Shown here one piece after another: positions 26,292-33,716 of a stretch of 64,000 nt of DNA. The DNA comes from Rhodospirillaceae bacterium. GTDB taxonomy: Bacteria; Pseudomonadota; Alphaproteobacteria; Reyranellales; JAQSWP01. The DNA is taken from positions 8,673-72,672 of the forward strand of contig JBDZUM010000003.1 of assembly GCA_040255215.1 (NCBI GenBank). Direction: 5' to 3'. The notes beneath the pieces are model-generated. The model worked only from the letters and a program-made list of their open reading frames with translations. It was not told the origin of the DNA and made no database searches. Position numbers and translations under genes: made by a program. The stretch's first letter is position 1. Each line of letters begins with the position of its first letter.

Positions 26292-28286
26292 ATGGTCATG
26301 ACACGGGACGACGAGTTCGAGCCGAAGCTCGGGAAGATCCGCTCCCGTGGCAGCAAACGCGGCCGAAAATATCTGCACCGGGTGCTGCAGGCGACGATGC
26401 TTGCCGGCGGGCGCCTGCGGATCGGACCGTCAGCACGCAAAGCAAAGTTCCACGGCAGCCAGATCGGTCGCGGCGCCGGCATCGGCCGCATGCTCGCCAC
26501 GCGTGATCGCTATGCGGCGTTCCGCAGCCGCCGTGTCGTCGTCAAAGCCCGCATCGTCAAACTCGCCGGCAACGGCATCAAGGGCGCGCGTGCGCATCTG
26601 CGCTATATCCAGCGCGACGGCGTGACCCGCGACGGCCACCCGGGGGAGCTCTATTCAGCCGAGCAGGATCGCGCCGACGGCAAGACGCTCATCGAGCGCT
26701 CTACAGGCGACCGCCATCAGTTCCGCTTCATCGTCGCGCCCGAGGACGGAGCCGAATACGACGACCTGAGGCCGTTCGTGCGCCGCCTGATGACGCAGAT
26801 GGAGGACGACCTCGGTACAAAGCTCGAATGGGTCGCGGTCGATCACTACAACACCGGCCATCCGCATAGCCATATCATCCTCCGCGGCAAGGACGACCAG
26901 GGGCAGGACCTGGTCATTGCACGCGAGTACATCACCAAGGGATTGCGGGAGCGCGCCGCCGAACTGGTCACGCTGGACCTCGGGCCGCGCACCGATCTGG
27001 AGATCGAGAACCGCCTGCGCAACGAGGTCGAACAGGAGCGGCTCACCAGCATCGACCGGCGCCTGCTGCGCGACCGGCATGGGGAGGGGCTGGTCTGGTC
27101 CGCGGACAGGGACGCCTTCCAGCAGACCTTGCGGGCCGGCCGCCTGCAGAAGCTGAAACATCTGGGACTGGCCGAGGAAGTGCGGCCGGGCGAGTGGCGC
27201 TTGGCGGGCGACCTCGAGAACACGCTCAAGCGCATGGGCGAGCGCGGCGATGTCATCAGGACGATGCAGCGCGAGATGGCAGCGAAGGGTGTAACGCGCG
27301 CCGCCGCCGATTACGTGATCTTCGACCCGGCCGTGAAGGACAGCCGCCCGATCACCGGCCGGCTGGTCGCGCGGGGCCTGTCCGACGAGATCAACGACCG
27401 CCACTACCTGATCGTCGACGCTCTCGACGGCCGCACCCACTATGTCGACATCGGCAGGGGGGAAGCGACCGAGCCCATGCCCGAAGGCGCCATCGTGCGC
27501 ATCGATCCGAAGCGCGCCGAGCCCCGACAGGTCGATCGCACGGTCTCCGAAATCGCGGCTGCCAATGGCGGGCGGTATGACGTCGATATCCACCTTCGTC
27601 ACGACCCGTCCGCCAGCGCCAGTTTCGCCGAAACCCACGTGCGCCGGCTGGAGGCGATCCGCCGCATCACCGGCGGTGTCGAGCGCGAGGCCGACGGAAC
27701 GTGGGTGATTGCCTCCGACCATTTGGAGCGAGCGGCGGCGTTCGAGCGCCGTCAGGCACAGGCTATTCCCGTGGTGGTGCAAACGCTGTCGCCATTGCCC
27801 CTCGATCGCCAGATTGGCGCCGAGGGTGCAACTTGGCTCGACTGCGAGCTGGTCGCGGAGATCCCGGAACCCGTACGCGACGAGGGTTTCGGGCGGGAGG
27901 TGCGTGCGGCGCAGGTGCGGCGGCGGCAGTGGCTTATCGCGCAGGAGCTGGCCCGTGAGGAACAGGACCGGATCGTCTATCGCGCCAATCTCCTCGGCAT
28001 CCTGCGACGGCGCGAACTAAATCGCGTCGCCGGTCAGCTATCGGGTGAACTGGGGCTGGGCTACGTCGAGACAAAGTCGGGGGAGAAGGTCGACGGCATC
28101 TATCGCCGGCATGTTGATCTGGCGCGCGGCCGCTTCGCCGTCATTGAGAAAGCCCGCGAGTTCACACTGGTACCGTGGCGGCCCGTGCTGGAGCGCCATC
28201 TGGGCAAGCAGGTCTCCGGCCTCGTTCGCGGCGACAGCATTTCCTGGACCGTCGGGCGCCAGCGGAGCGGGCCGACCGTCTCGTAA
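26292..28286 (+). CDS. Conjugative relaxase (RlxS-like, relaxase plus DUF3363-type C-terminal region)
   Basis: N-terminal MTRDDEFEPKLGKIRSRGSKRGRKYLHRV. Histidine triad HYNTGHPHSHIILRG. True start may be ATG 26298. Confidence 0.85.
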   Translation: MVMTRDDEFEPKLGKIRSRGSKRGRKYLHRVLQATMLAGGRLRIGPSARKAKFHGSQIGRGAGIGRMLATRDRYAAFRSRRVVVKARIVKLAGNGIKGARAHLRYIQRDGVTRDGHPGELYSAEQDRADGKTLIERSTGDRHQFRFIVAPEDGAEYDDLRPFVRRLMTQMEDDLGTKLEWVAVDHYNTGHPHSHIILRGKDDQGQDLVIAREYITKGLRERAAELVTLDLGPRTDLEIENRLRNEVEQERLTSIDRRLLRDRHGEGLVWSADRDAFQQTLRAGRLQKLKHLGLAEEVRPGEWRLAGDLENTLKRMGERGDVIRTMQREMAAKGVTRAAADYVIFDPAVKDSRPITGRLVARGLSDEINDRHYLIVDALDGRTHYVDIGRGEATEPMPEGAIVRIDPKRAEPRQVDRTVSEIAAANGGRYDVDIHLRHDPSASASFAETHVRRLEAIRRITGGVEREADGTWVIASDHLERAAAFERRQAQAIPVVVQTLSPLPLDRQIGAEGATWLDCELVAEIPEPVRDEGFGREVRAAQVRRRQWLIAQELAREEQDRIVYRANLLGILRRRELNRVAGQLSGELGLGYVETKSGEKVDGIYRRHVDLARGRFAVIEKAREFTLVPWRPVLERHLGKQVSGLVRGDSISWTVGRQRSGPTVS

Positions 28287-28555
28287 CTCAAGCAAGCGTG
28301 GCGTTCCGTCGGTTGCTTGAAGTTACTGGTATCGAGATATTAGCGCGAGCAACGCTAGACTAGCAGATGGCTAATCGATGCATATCGCTCGCCCAAGGTT
28401 TGGTCGCAGCGGAACATCGCGCCGATCATGGTCATGGCGTATGCTTGTCTTTAGGGATGTTCTTCTCGAGTCGTGCGTCTCCGGCCACTTGGACGTCGCA
28501 TTGTTGCTCTTCTAAGTGCATCGCTGGAGCGCCATGACTCGCGGGAGAGACGGCA

Positions 28556-28981
28556 GTGGTGGCGGAACTGAACATTGTCGGGCACGGGATCGATCTGGTG
28601 GATATCGCCGAGATGCGGCGATGGATCGATGATCCGCGCGATCCATTGATTCCGCGCTGCTTCGTTCAGGAGGAGTTAGATGAGGTGGGCGGAGGACCCG
28701 ACCGGATCGAGCGCTTAGCCGGCCGGTTCGCCGCGAAGGAAGCTGTCTTGAAGGCGCTGGGAACTGGGTTTGGGGCTGGCGTCGCTTTTTCTGACGTGAT
28801 CATCCATCGCGCGGCGGGCGGACCGCCGCAGGTCCGGCTTACGGGCGGTGCCGCAAAGGCTGCGGCGGAACTAGGCATTGCTGAATGGCGGCTGAGCATC
28901 AGCCACACCAGCGCAATGGCCATGGCGAGCGCCATCGCGATCGGCGGCGCGCTTCACGACGAAGGGTCTGATCGCGCCTGA
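28556..28981 (+). CDS. acpS: Holo-ACP synthase (AcpS-type 4'-phosphopantetheinyl transferase), accessory copy
   Basis: GHGIDLVDIAEM, RFAAKEAVLKALG and RLSISHTSAMAMA motifs; 141 aa. GTG start. 3' end overlaps the convergent MazG-like gene by 28 nt. Confidence 0.8.
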   Translation: MVAELNIVGHGIDLVDIAEMRRWIDDPRDPLIPRCFVQEELDEVGGGPDRIERLAGRFAAKEAVLKALGTGFGAGVAFSDVIIHRAAGGPPQVRLTGGAAKAAAELGIAEWRLSISHTSAMAMASAIAIGGALHDEGSDRA

Positions 28982-29874
28982 TCGGCAGCAGCCTGACCGA
29001 GGTAGTCGATGCGGCGATGGTCGAGATCCACCGCGATCCGACCGCCGCGCGCGGCGAGGACAGCGCGCCATACCTTGAAGCCCTGCAGGATCGCCTGCTC
29101 CCACTCGCCCGTCGTGCACTGCTTGACCTCCAGGTGTGAGGTCATGTCCTTGATCGTGCGCAGGAGTTGGAAGTCGAGCACGCTGACACCCTCGAGCATG
29201 TGATGGCGTCGGGCATAGTCGAAAGCGAGCGCGGCCACGCCCTCCTCGATCACCGCAGCGCGTCCGCCATCTTCGACCTCGTCGAGGAGCGGGCGGCTCT
29301 TGCGCTTGCGGCGCAGCAGCGCGCGCGTGATCGGCGACCAGCCCAGCACGGCGGCATAAGCGAGATGGAAGACGTCGTGGAACCGATAGCCATCCGGATC
29401 ATAGGCGTTGTCGGTCAGCTCGGCGCCGAACGGCTTGCCGTTGATCAGCACGCGGACGTGCTGACGATCATCGCCTTCGACGTCGAGCAATTCGACCTCG
29501 AACCGGCGCGGCAGGCGCTCGCCTTCGGGAAGCGTCGCATCGAAACACAGCGGCTCGGTGCGCTCAGTCGCCCAGCGCGCCATCACCTTGGCGAGGTTGG
29601 CGGCCGCGATCTCATCGAGAGTCAGGTCGAACTTGCTCGCGACGTTCGCAATGTACCAGAGTAGGTCGCCAAGCTCCTCGGACACGCGCTCTTTGAAGAG
29701 CCGGTGCGCTTCGCCATCGCGCAGATGCTTCTTGTATTCGCTCAGAAGCTGACCGGTTTCGCCGGCGAGACCCAGCATTGGGACGATGAGGGAAAGGCTA
29801 TCATCCGCACCCTCGCCCGCCGGGACGCGATCGGTGCGCAGGGCCTCTTTCTGATATTGGTCGAAATCCATCAT
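28954..29874 (-). CDS. MazG-like NTP pyrophosphohydrolase with about 200-aa unknown C-terminal domain
   Basis: FDQYQKEALRT, LGLAGETGQLLSEYKK and EELGDLLWYIANVA (all-alpha NTP-PPase signatures). ATG 29874 follows an AAGGAG Shine-Dalgarno sequence; GTG 29889 is the alternative start. Confidence 0.75.
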   Translation of the reverse strand: MMDFDQYQKEALRTDRVPAGEGADDSLSLIVPMLGLAGETGQLLSEYKKHLRDGEAHRLFKERVSEELGDLLWYIANVASKFDLTLDEIAAANLAKVMARWATERTEPLCFDATLPEGERLPRRFEVELLDVEGDDRQHVRVLINGKPFGAELTDNAYDPDGYRFHDVFHLAYAAVLGWSPITRALLRRKRKSRPLLDEVEDGGRAAVIEEGVAALAFDYARRHHMLEGVSVLDFQLLRTIKDMTSHLEVKQCTTGEWEQAILQGFKVWRAVLAARGGRIAVDLDHRRIDYLGQAAADQARSDPSS

Positions 29875-29890
29875 CGTCTCCTTCGGCACT

Positions 29891-31075
29891 TCACCCAGCG
29901 GCCGCCCTCGCCGCGTCGATCGCGCCGGGCGGCGTGTCGGCGCCGACGCGTATCTTCTCGTTCAAATTCCATTTCGGAGGATAGAAGAGCTCGATCGGAG
30001 TCGGAGTCGGCTCGAACTTCTGCTTGATCCGCGTGCGTCCGGTTCGCCCTGCGATCTGAGGGTGCGCGACGCGCGCATATTTGTCGACTTCGCAAAACAG
30101 ATTCTGGCAGTCTATCAAGTGGAGCCGCCGTCCCCAGAGCGATTGAAAGCCGAGGCCAAGGCGCTCGAACTCCTGCTCCTGCAGATCGGCCATGAGCCGA
30201 ATCAGTTCAGGTTCGTTGAGTCCCCCGGGGTCGACGAAGCATTTGCGCAGACCGTCTCGCGCGCCAGGCCCTGGCACGACGAAATCCATCTCACTGAAAT
30301 CGGTGATCTCGCTGTAGTTGATGTCGGTGATGAACTGATAGGCGAGAAAGTCGCCGATGGTGGGGTAGGCACGGAGTTTCTCGAACCCTTCCTGCATGGT
30401 GCGGGTCTGTGCCAACCGTTCAGGGAGTCGGTCCGCCATCATGCGTTCGAGCAACAGCAGGTGATTCTGATGCTTCGCGGATCGCCCAAACGCGCTGCTG
30501 CCTGGCGGCATGATGTAGGCGGCAGAGTAGATGCGGTGGCCGTCACGCATAGCCCGCGCGAGCACCTCGTCGTAGCGTGCGAAGCGGTAATCTTCGAACG
30601 TGATTGAGCCGAACGATCGCTCCAGCAGCTCCCAAGTCTCGATCTTGTTGAACAGCTTGAACAACAGGATGCGGAAGAAGACTTCACGCGGCGAGCTCGG
30701 CAAATCGGCGCGATAGATGACGTGTCGAATAAGATATTGGCTCGCCCGATCGGAAGCCCGATAGGCGTTGGTGAACTTGTAGGTAGTGAGCACCGCGTTG
30801 CTGGTCCAAGGCCGCGCCTCGCCGCGCGCGCGCCGGAAGAAGACGTCTTGGCGTTCGGCGGCGAAGCGCCAATAGCTCTCATAGACCTCCGAAACCTTGG
30901 CGGGCGCGAGATGGGGCAGAATGATCGGCTGCGGCGCGGTTGCGGCGGGCGCGTCGTTGGCTCGCGGCGCGACCGGCAGGTCTATCGGCAGTGTGGCGGT
31001 CGCAGGATCAATGCGCGGCTTCGGTGGGCGGCCGCGCGGGCGTTTGGCGGCAGGCTTGGGGGGCTTCTTCCTCAA
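29891..31075 (-). CDS. Protein of the 5-hmdU DNA kinase helical-domain / aGPT-pyrophosphorylase-like family, with N-terminal AT-hook
   Basis: Core YESYWRFAAERQDVFFRR..ARPWTSNAVLTTYKFTNAYRASDRASQYL recognised from memory of proteins annotated as 'nucleotide kinase domain / DNA base hypermodification'. N-terminal KRPRGRPPKPR. No ATG is available; the TTG start overlaps the upstream stop (TTGA). Confidence 0.55.
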   Translation of the reverse strand: MRKKPPKPAAKRPRGRPPKPRIDPATATLPIDLPVAPRANDAPAATAPQPIILPHLAPAKVSEVYESYWRFAAERQDVFFRRARGEARPWTSNAVLTTYKFTNAYRASDRASQYLIRHVIYRADLPSSPREVFFRILLFKLFNKIETWELLERSFGSITFEDYRFARYDEVLARAMRDGHRIYSAAYIMPPGSSAFGRSAKHQNHLLLLERMMADRLPERLAQTRTMQEGFEKLRAYPTIGDFLAYQFITDINYSEITDFSEMDFVVPGPGARDGLRKCFVDPGGLNEPELIRLMADLQEQEFERLGLGFQSLWGRRLHLIDCQNLFCEVDKYARVAHPQIAGRTGRTRIKQKFEPTPTPIELFYPPKWNLNEKIRVGADTPPGAIDAARAAAG

Positions 31076-31926
31076 GATGCTGTCCCGACGGCCATGACCG
31101 GGACTGCGGGCCGAGCCGGCGCTGCGACAGGAGCAGGCACCAGAGCTTGGGCGGCGACGACGAGCGGCGCGAAATCGGGATCGCTTTTGGTAATGCGCTC
31201 CAGCTTGGCGACGCCGACCATGACGTTCAGCCGCGCCAGCGGCATATCCATCTCATGGGCCATGAAGGCGCCAAGCTGGGCGAGGCCGAGATAGTTGCCA
31301 TAGGCTTTGTCGAAGATTTGCTGGGTCGCGTAGAAGGCGTTCACGACCAGGCCGGCGGCGGTCGGCTCGAAGCTGACCTGTTGCAGGCAGGGGAAGCCGA
31401 GCTGCGCGCTGGCGACATGATCGCGCCCTGGGTCGAAGGTCGTCGCCTGTAGCATCGAGCGGCGCACGCCCGCTCGCGAACCATATTGTGACAAGATCCA
31501 CTCCAACTGATTTCCGTCGCACGGCCCGCGGCCGTACATGATCATGCGTTCGAAATACAGGCCGCGGCCGTTGGCTTTCTTGTTCATCGCCTGCCAGCGC
31601 GGGAATGTCGCACGATAAAGTGTGAAAAGGCGGGTGCGGTCGCCGCGCGACATCTCCCAGATGCGCTGCGGAAAGATGGTGAAGGCGACATCCTCGACCT
31701 TGAGACGCCCCTTGCGTTTGAGGAGCTGATCGACGGCTAGGCGCACGGCCGGATCTTCAGGCGCCACGCCCGTGTCGTCGAAGCCGGTCACGCTCAATAC
31801 CAGCGGCGAGACCTCGGTGCCGGCGCCGTCGAGAACTCCGAGCAGGAGGCGCGACCAGGCTCGCGATAGGTTGTTGTCGTTGATCATGACGGGCTCCGGC
31901 GCGGCCGATGCTTTCGACTTACTCAT
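31072..31926 (-). CDS. Divergent thymidylate synthase / pyrimidine hydroxymethylase-fold protein
   Basis: Manual alignment to ThyA: RRSMLQATTFDP ~ RRIIVSAWNP; LGFPCLQQVSF ~ LPPCHxxFQF (catalytic Cys kept); YATQQIFDKAYGNYLGLAQLGAFMA ~ YQRSxDxxLGxPFNIASYxLLxxMMA. GGAGG Shine-Dalgarno sequence. The start overlaps the upstream stop (ATGAGTAA). Confidence 0.6.
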   Translation of the reverse strand: MSKSKASAAPEPVMINDNNLSRAWSRLLLGVLDGAGTEVSPLVLSVTGFDDTGVAPEDPAVRLAVDQLLKRKGRLKVEDVAFTIFPQRIWEMSRGDRTRLFTLYRATFPRWQAMNKKANGRGLYFERMIMYGRGPCDGNQLEWILSQYGSRAGVRRSMLQATTFDPGRDHVASAQLGFPCLQQVSFEPTAAGLVVNAFYATQQIFDKAYGNYLGLAQLGAFMAHEMDMPLARLNVMVGVAKLERITKSDPDFAPLVVAAQALVPAPVAAPARPAVPVMAVGTAS

Positions 31927-32812
31927 CCGGGTCGTCCTCCAGATGGCGATACTGTGCGAGGCCGACATAGGCCTCGGGTGCGATACGAACGAACGCCGCC
32001 CAGGCGCCGCTGTCGGCGGCTGCCTGAACGATTCCGGGGCGCACCGCGCGGAACAGGCGGCCGTTCGCCAAGTCACGCTCATAGGCGAGGCCGGTGCCGG
32101 TCGTTGCCGTTCCCGGAGGAAGGAGCAACAGCATGTTTACCTCGGCATCGAGGGTCGGCCCCGCGCGGTGGCGGTCGGCGACGATCAAGGGCTCGGGCGT
32201 CAGGGCGCCGAGGATGTCGGCGCGCAGGGCCTTTGGCGTGACGCGCTGCAGGGCGGCGGCGCGCGTCCGCGAGATCATGTTCACGCTGGCCGAGAGGTGG
32301 GTGAGGAGCGTCCCGTAGCCGACGCCGAAATCGCAGGCGATCGTGAACATTTGCGCCGCCGTCGCGGTCTCGGGCGTCCAACCGCGCGTGGCGAAGGCGC
32401 GGCGTAGACCCATGATCGGCATCAGCGTGAAGCCCGCAAAGGTGTCGGCGAGGAATTCCTTTGGGTCTTCCCAGGGATGCTCCTTGGCGTCCTCGCGTAA
32501 CTCGTCGATCGATGAGCCGTGGCCGAAGACGTGATGGCCAAGCTCGTGCCCGCAATTATAGGCGCGCCGCGGCAACGGGCGACGCGCCGAGAGGTGGATG
32601 CGCGGCGGCGCGCCGCGTTGGTACATCCCCTCCATGTTGATGTTGTTGAAACGCACGGTGACGCCCAGCGTCTCGCAAAGCCCGTAAATGCAGATGGCGC
32701 CATGCTGGTCGAGCTTGGCTTTTGCCCGCGTGGTGATCGCCGCCTGCATGGCTTGGGTCGCAAGGGCGCGACGATTGAAATTGGGCTTGGTGGTGCGCAT
32801 CAGGTTCGTCAC
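31919..32812 (-). CDS. ImmA/IrrE-family metallopeptidase
   Basis: HEXXH motif YNCGHELGHHVFGH in a DUF955-like context. GTG start overlaps the XRE stop (GTGA). Confidence 0.8.
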   Translation of the reverse strand: MTNLMRTTKPNFNRRALATQAMQAAITTRAKAKLDQHGAICIYGLCETLGVTVRFNNINMEGMYQRGAPPRIHLSARRPLPRRAYNCGHELGHHVFGHGSSIDELREDAKEHPWEDPKEFLADTFAGFTLMPIMGLRRAFATRGWTPETATAAQMFTIACDFGVGYGTLLTHLSASVNMISRTRAAALQRVTPKALRADILGALTPEPLIVADRHRAGPTLDAEVNMLLLLPPGTATTGTGLAYERDLANGRLFRAVRPGIVQAAADSGAWAAFVRIAPEAYVGLAQYRHLEDDPDE

Positions 32813-33180
32813 CGACCGCCTCCCTCGGCGTTCGGGGTAGAATCGCTGCGCATGGCGGCGAGGAGCTTGAGCAGGCGGTCGAGGTCGTCCGGCCTAAGCT
32901 TGGTGAGCTCGCGGGCGGCGAGTTCGAGCCGGGGATCCTGGGCGTCGAGGGTGTCCGGCGTCTCGCCGAGCAGCCAGGCAACGCCAACGTCATAAATTTC
33001 CGCAAGGCGCGCGAGTTCGTCGGCCGAGACCCGGCGGTTTCCGGCCTCCATCTCCGAGACCGACGGCCGGTGCAGGCCGATCATCTTGGCGACTTGGCCC
33101 TGGGAGAGACCCGCGAGTTTGCGCGCCTCCTTCAGGCGTTCGGCGATCAGAGCGCGCTTGACTGCTTCCGTGTCATTCAT
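32809..33180 (-). CDS. XRE-family HTH regulator (ImmR-like partner of the ImmA peptidase)
   Basis: IAERLKEARKLAGLSQGQVAKMIGLHRPSVSEMEAGNRRVSADELARLAEIY. ATGA overlap with the upstream gene. Confidence 0.8.
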   Translation of the reverse strand: MNDTEAVKRALIAERLKEARKLAGLSQGQVAKMIGLHRPSVSEMEAGNRRVSADELARLAEIYDVGVAWLLGETPDTLDAQDPRLELAARELTKLRPDDLDRLLKLLAAMRSDSTPNAEGGGR

Positions 33181-33482
33181 GCGGCGGTCGCTTCTTTGTC
33201 GGTCTGCTTCTTTAGCAATTCGCACACGAAGGCGGCTGTTTCGTCGATGGAGCGCGGCAGCTTGGTCGTCTCGTCGACGAAGATGTTCACGTCGTTCGGG
33301 ATCGGCGCGCCGATCTCGGTGGATAGGATGGTGGTGGCGACGGGCCAGACCTTGCTGTCGAACTTCGGGATATTGTCGACCGGCTTGGTCGCGCCCGTCA
33401 GCGCCGGGCACTCGAGGCCGCTATCAGTCTGAATCTGGCCGAGCACGGCGATCAGTTTCTCTTTCAGTGTGGCGGGGTCCAT
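33177..33482 (-). CDS. Small acidic carrier-protein-like (ACP/PCP-fold) protein
   Basis: 101 aa. IPKFDSKVWPVATTILSTEIGAPIPNDV aligns by eye with ACP [28 protein letters not shown], giving Ser43 as the candidate phosphopantetheine site. Strong AAGGAGG Shine-Dalgarno sequence. Confidence 0.45.
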   Translation of the reverse strand: MDPATLKEKLIAVLGQIQTDSGLECPALTGATKPVDNIPKFDSKVWPVATTILSTEIGAPIPNDVNIFVDETTKLPRSIDETAAFVCELLKKQTDKEATAA

Positions 33483-33506
33483 ATGCGCCTCCTTGATCCG
33501 ACATAT

Positions 33507-33538
33507 GGTAAGATAATCTTACCGACCTGTCATGTCAA
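33507..33538 (-). promoter_or_regulatory. Sigma70-like promoter of the cargo operon with an overlapping palindromic operator
   Basis: Minus strand reads TTGACA (33538-33533), N17, TATCTT (33515-33510). The perfect palindrome GGTAAGAT-a-ATCTTACC (33507-33523) covers the -10 element. Confidence 0.6.
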
Positions 33539-33664
33539 GTACTGCAACACCCTCGGCGCATCCACTCTGAGTATCCCGAGAGAAAGTTCGAATGCGTACG
33601 AACGTTATCTCACCGCAATTGGTCGTACATAACGGCCATTAGAGATTCCAGCATTCTGCCTGAC

Positions 33665-33713
33665 CCTTGTTCCGATCCTGCGGCTCCCGTGCCGAAGATG
33701 AATCGGAACAAGG
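33665..33713 (+). promoter_or_regulatory. 12-bp inverted repeat immediately 5' of traG, overlapping its ribosome-binding region
   Basis: CCTTGTTCCGAT (33665-33676) / ATCGGAACAAGG (33702-33713). The right arm ends 3 nt before ATG 33717 and contains the only AAGG Shine-Dalgarno-like sequence. Confidence 0.5.
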
Positions 33714-33716
33714 CAT

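Noticed and set aside
28367-28537. 56-codon Cys-rich ORF (MANRCISLAQGLVAAEHRADHGHGVCLSLG...) in the AT-rich spacer upstream of acpS
   Set aside because: Poor codon usage for this genome (ATA, TTA, GTA codons), no Shine-Dalgarno sequence and no recognisable family. It is kept only as a remote possibility of a small peptide linked to the cargo locus.
31927-32082. N-terminal extension of the ThyA-like ORF as given in the track (start at 32082)
   Set aside because: The extension overlaps the ImmA gene out of frame and translates to non-native sequence. ATG 31926 has a GGAGG Shine-Dalgarno sequence and overlaps the ImmA stop.
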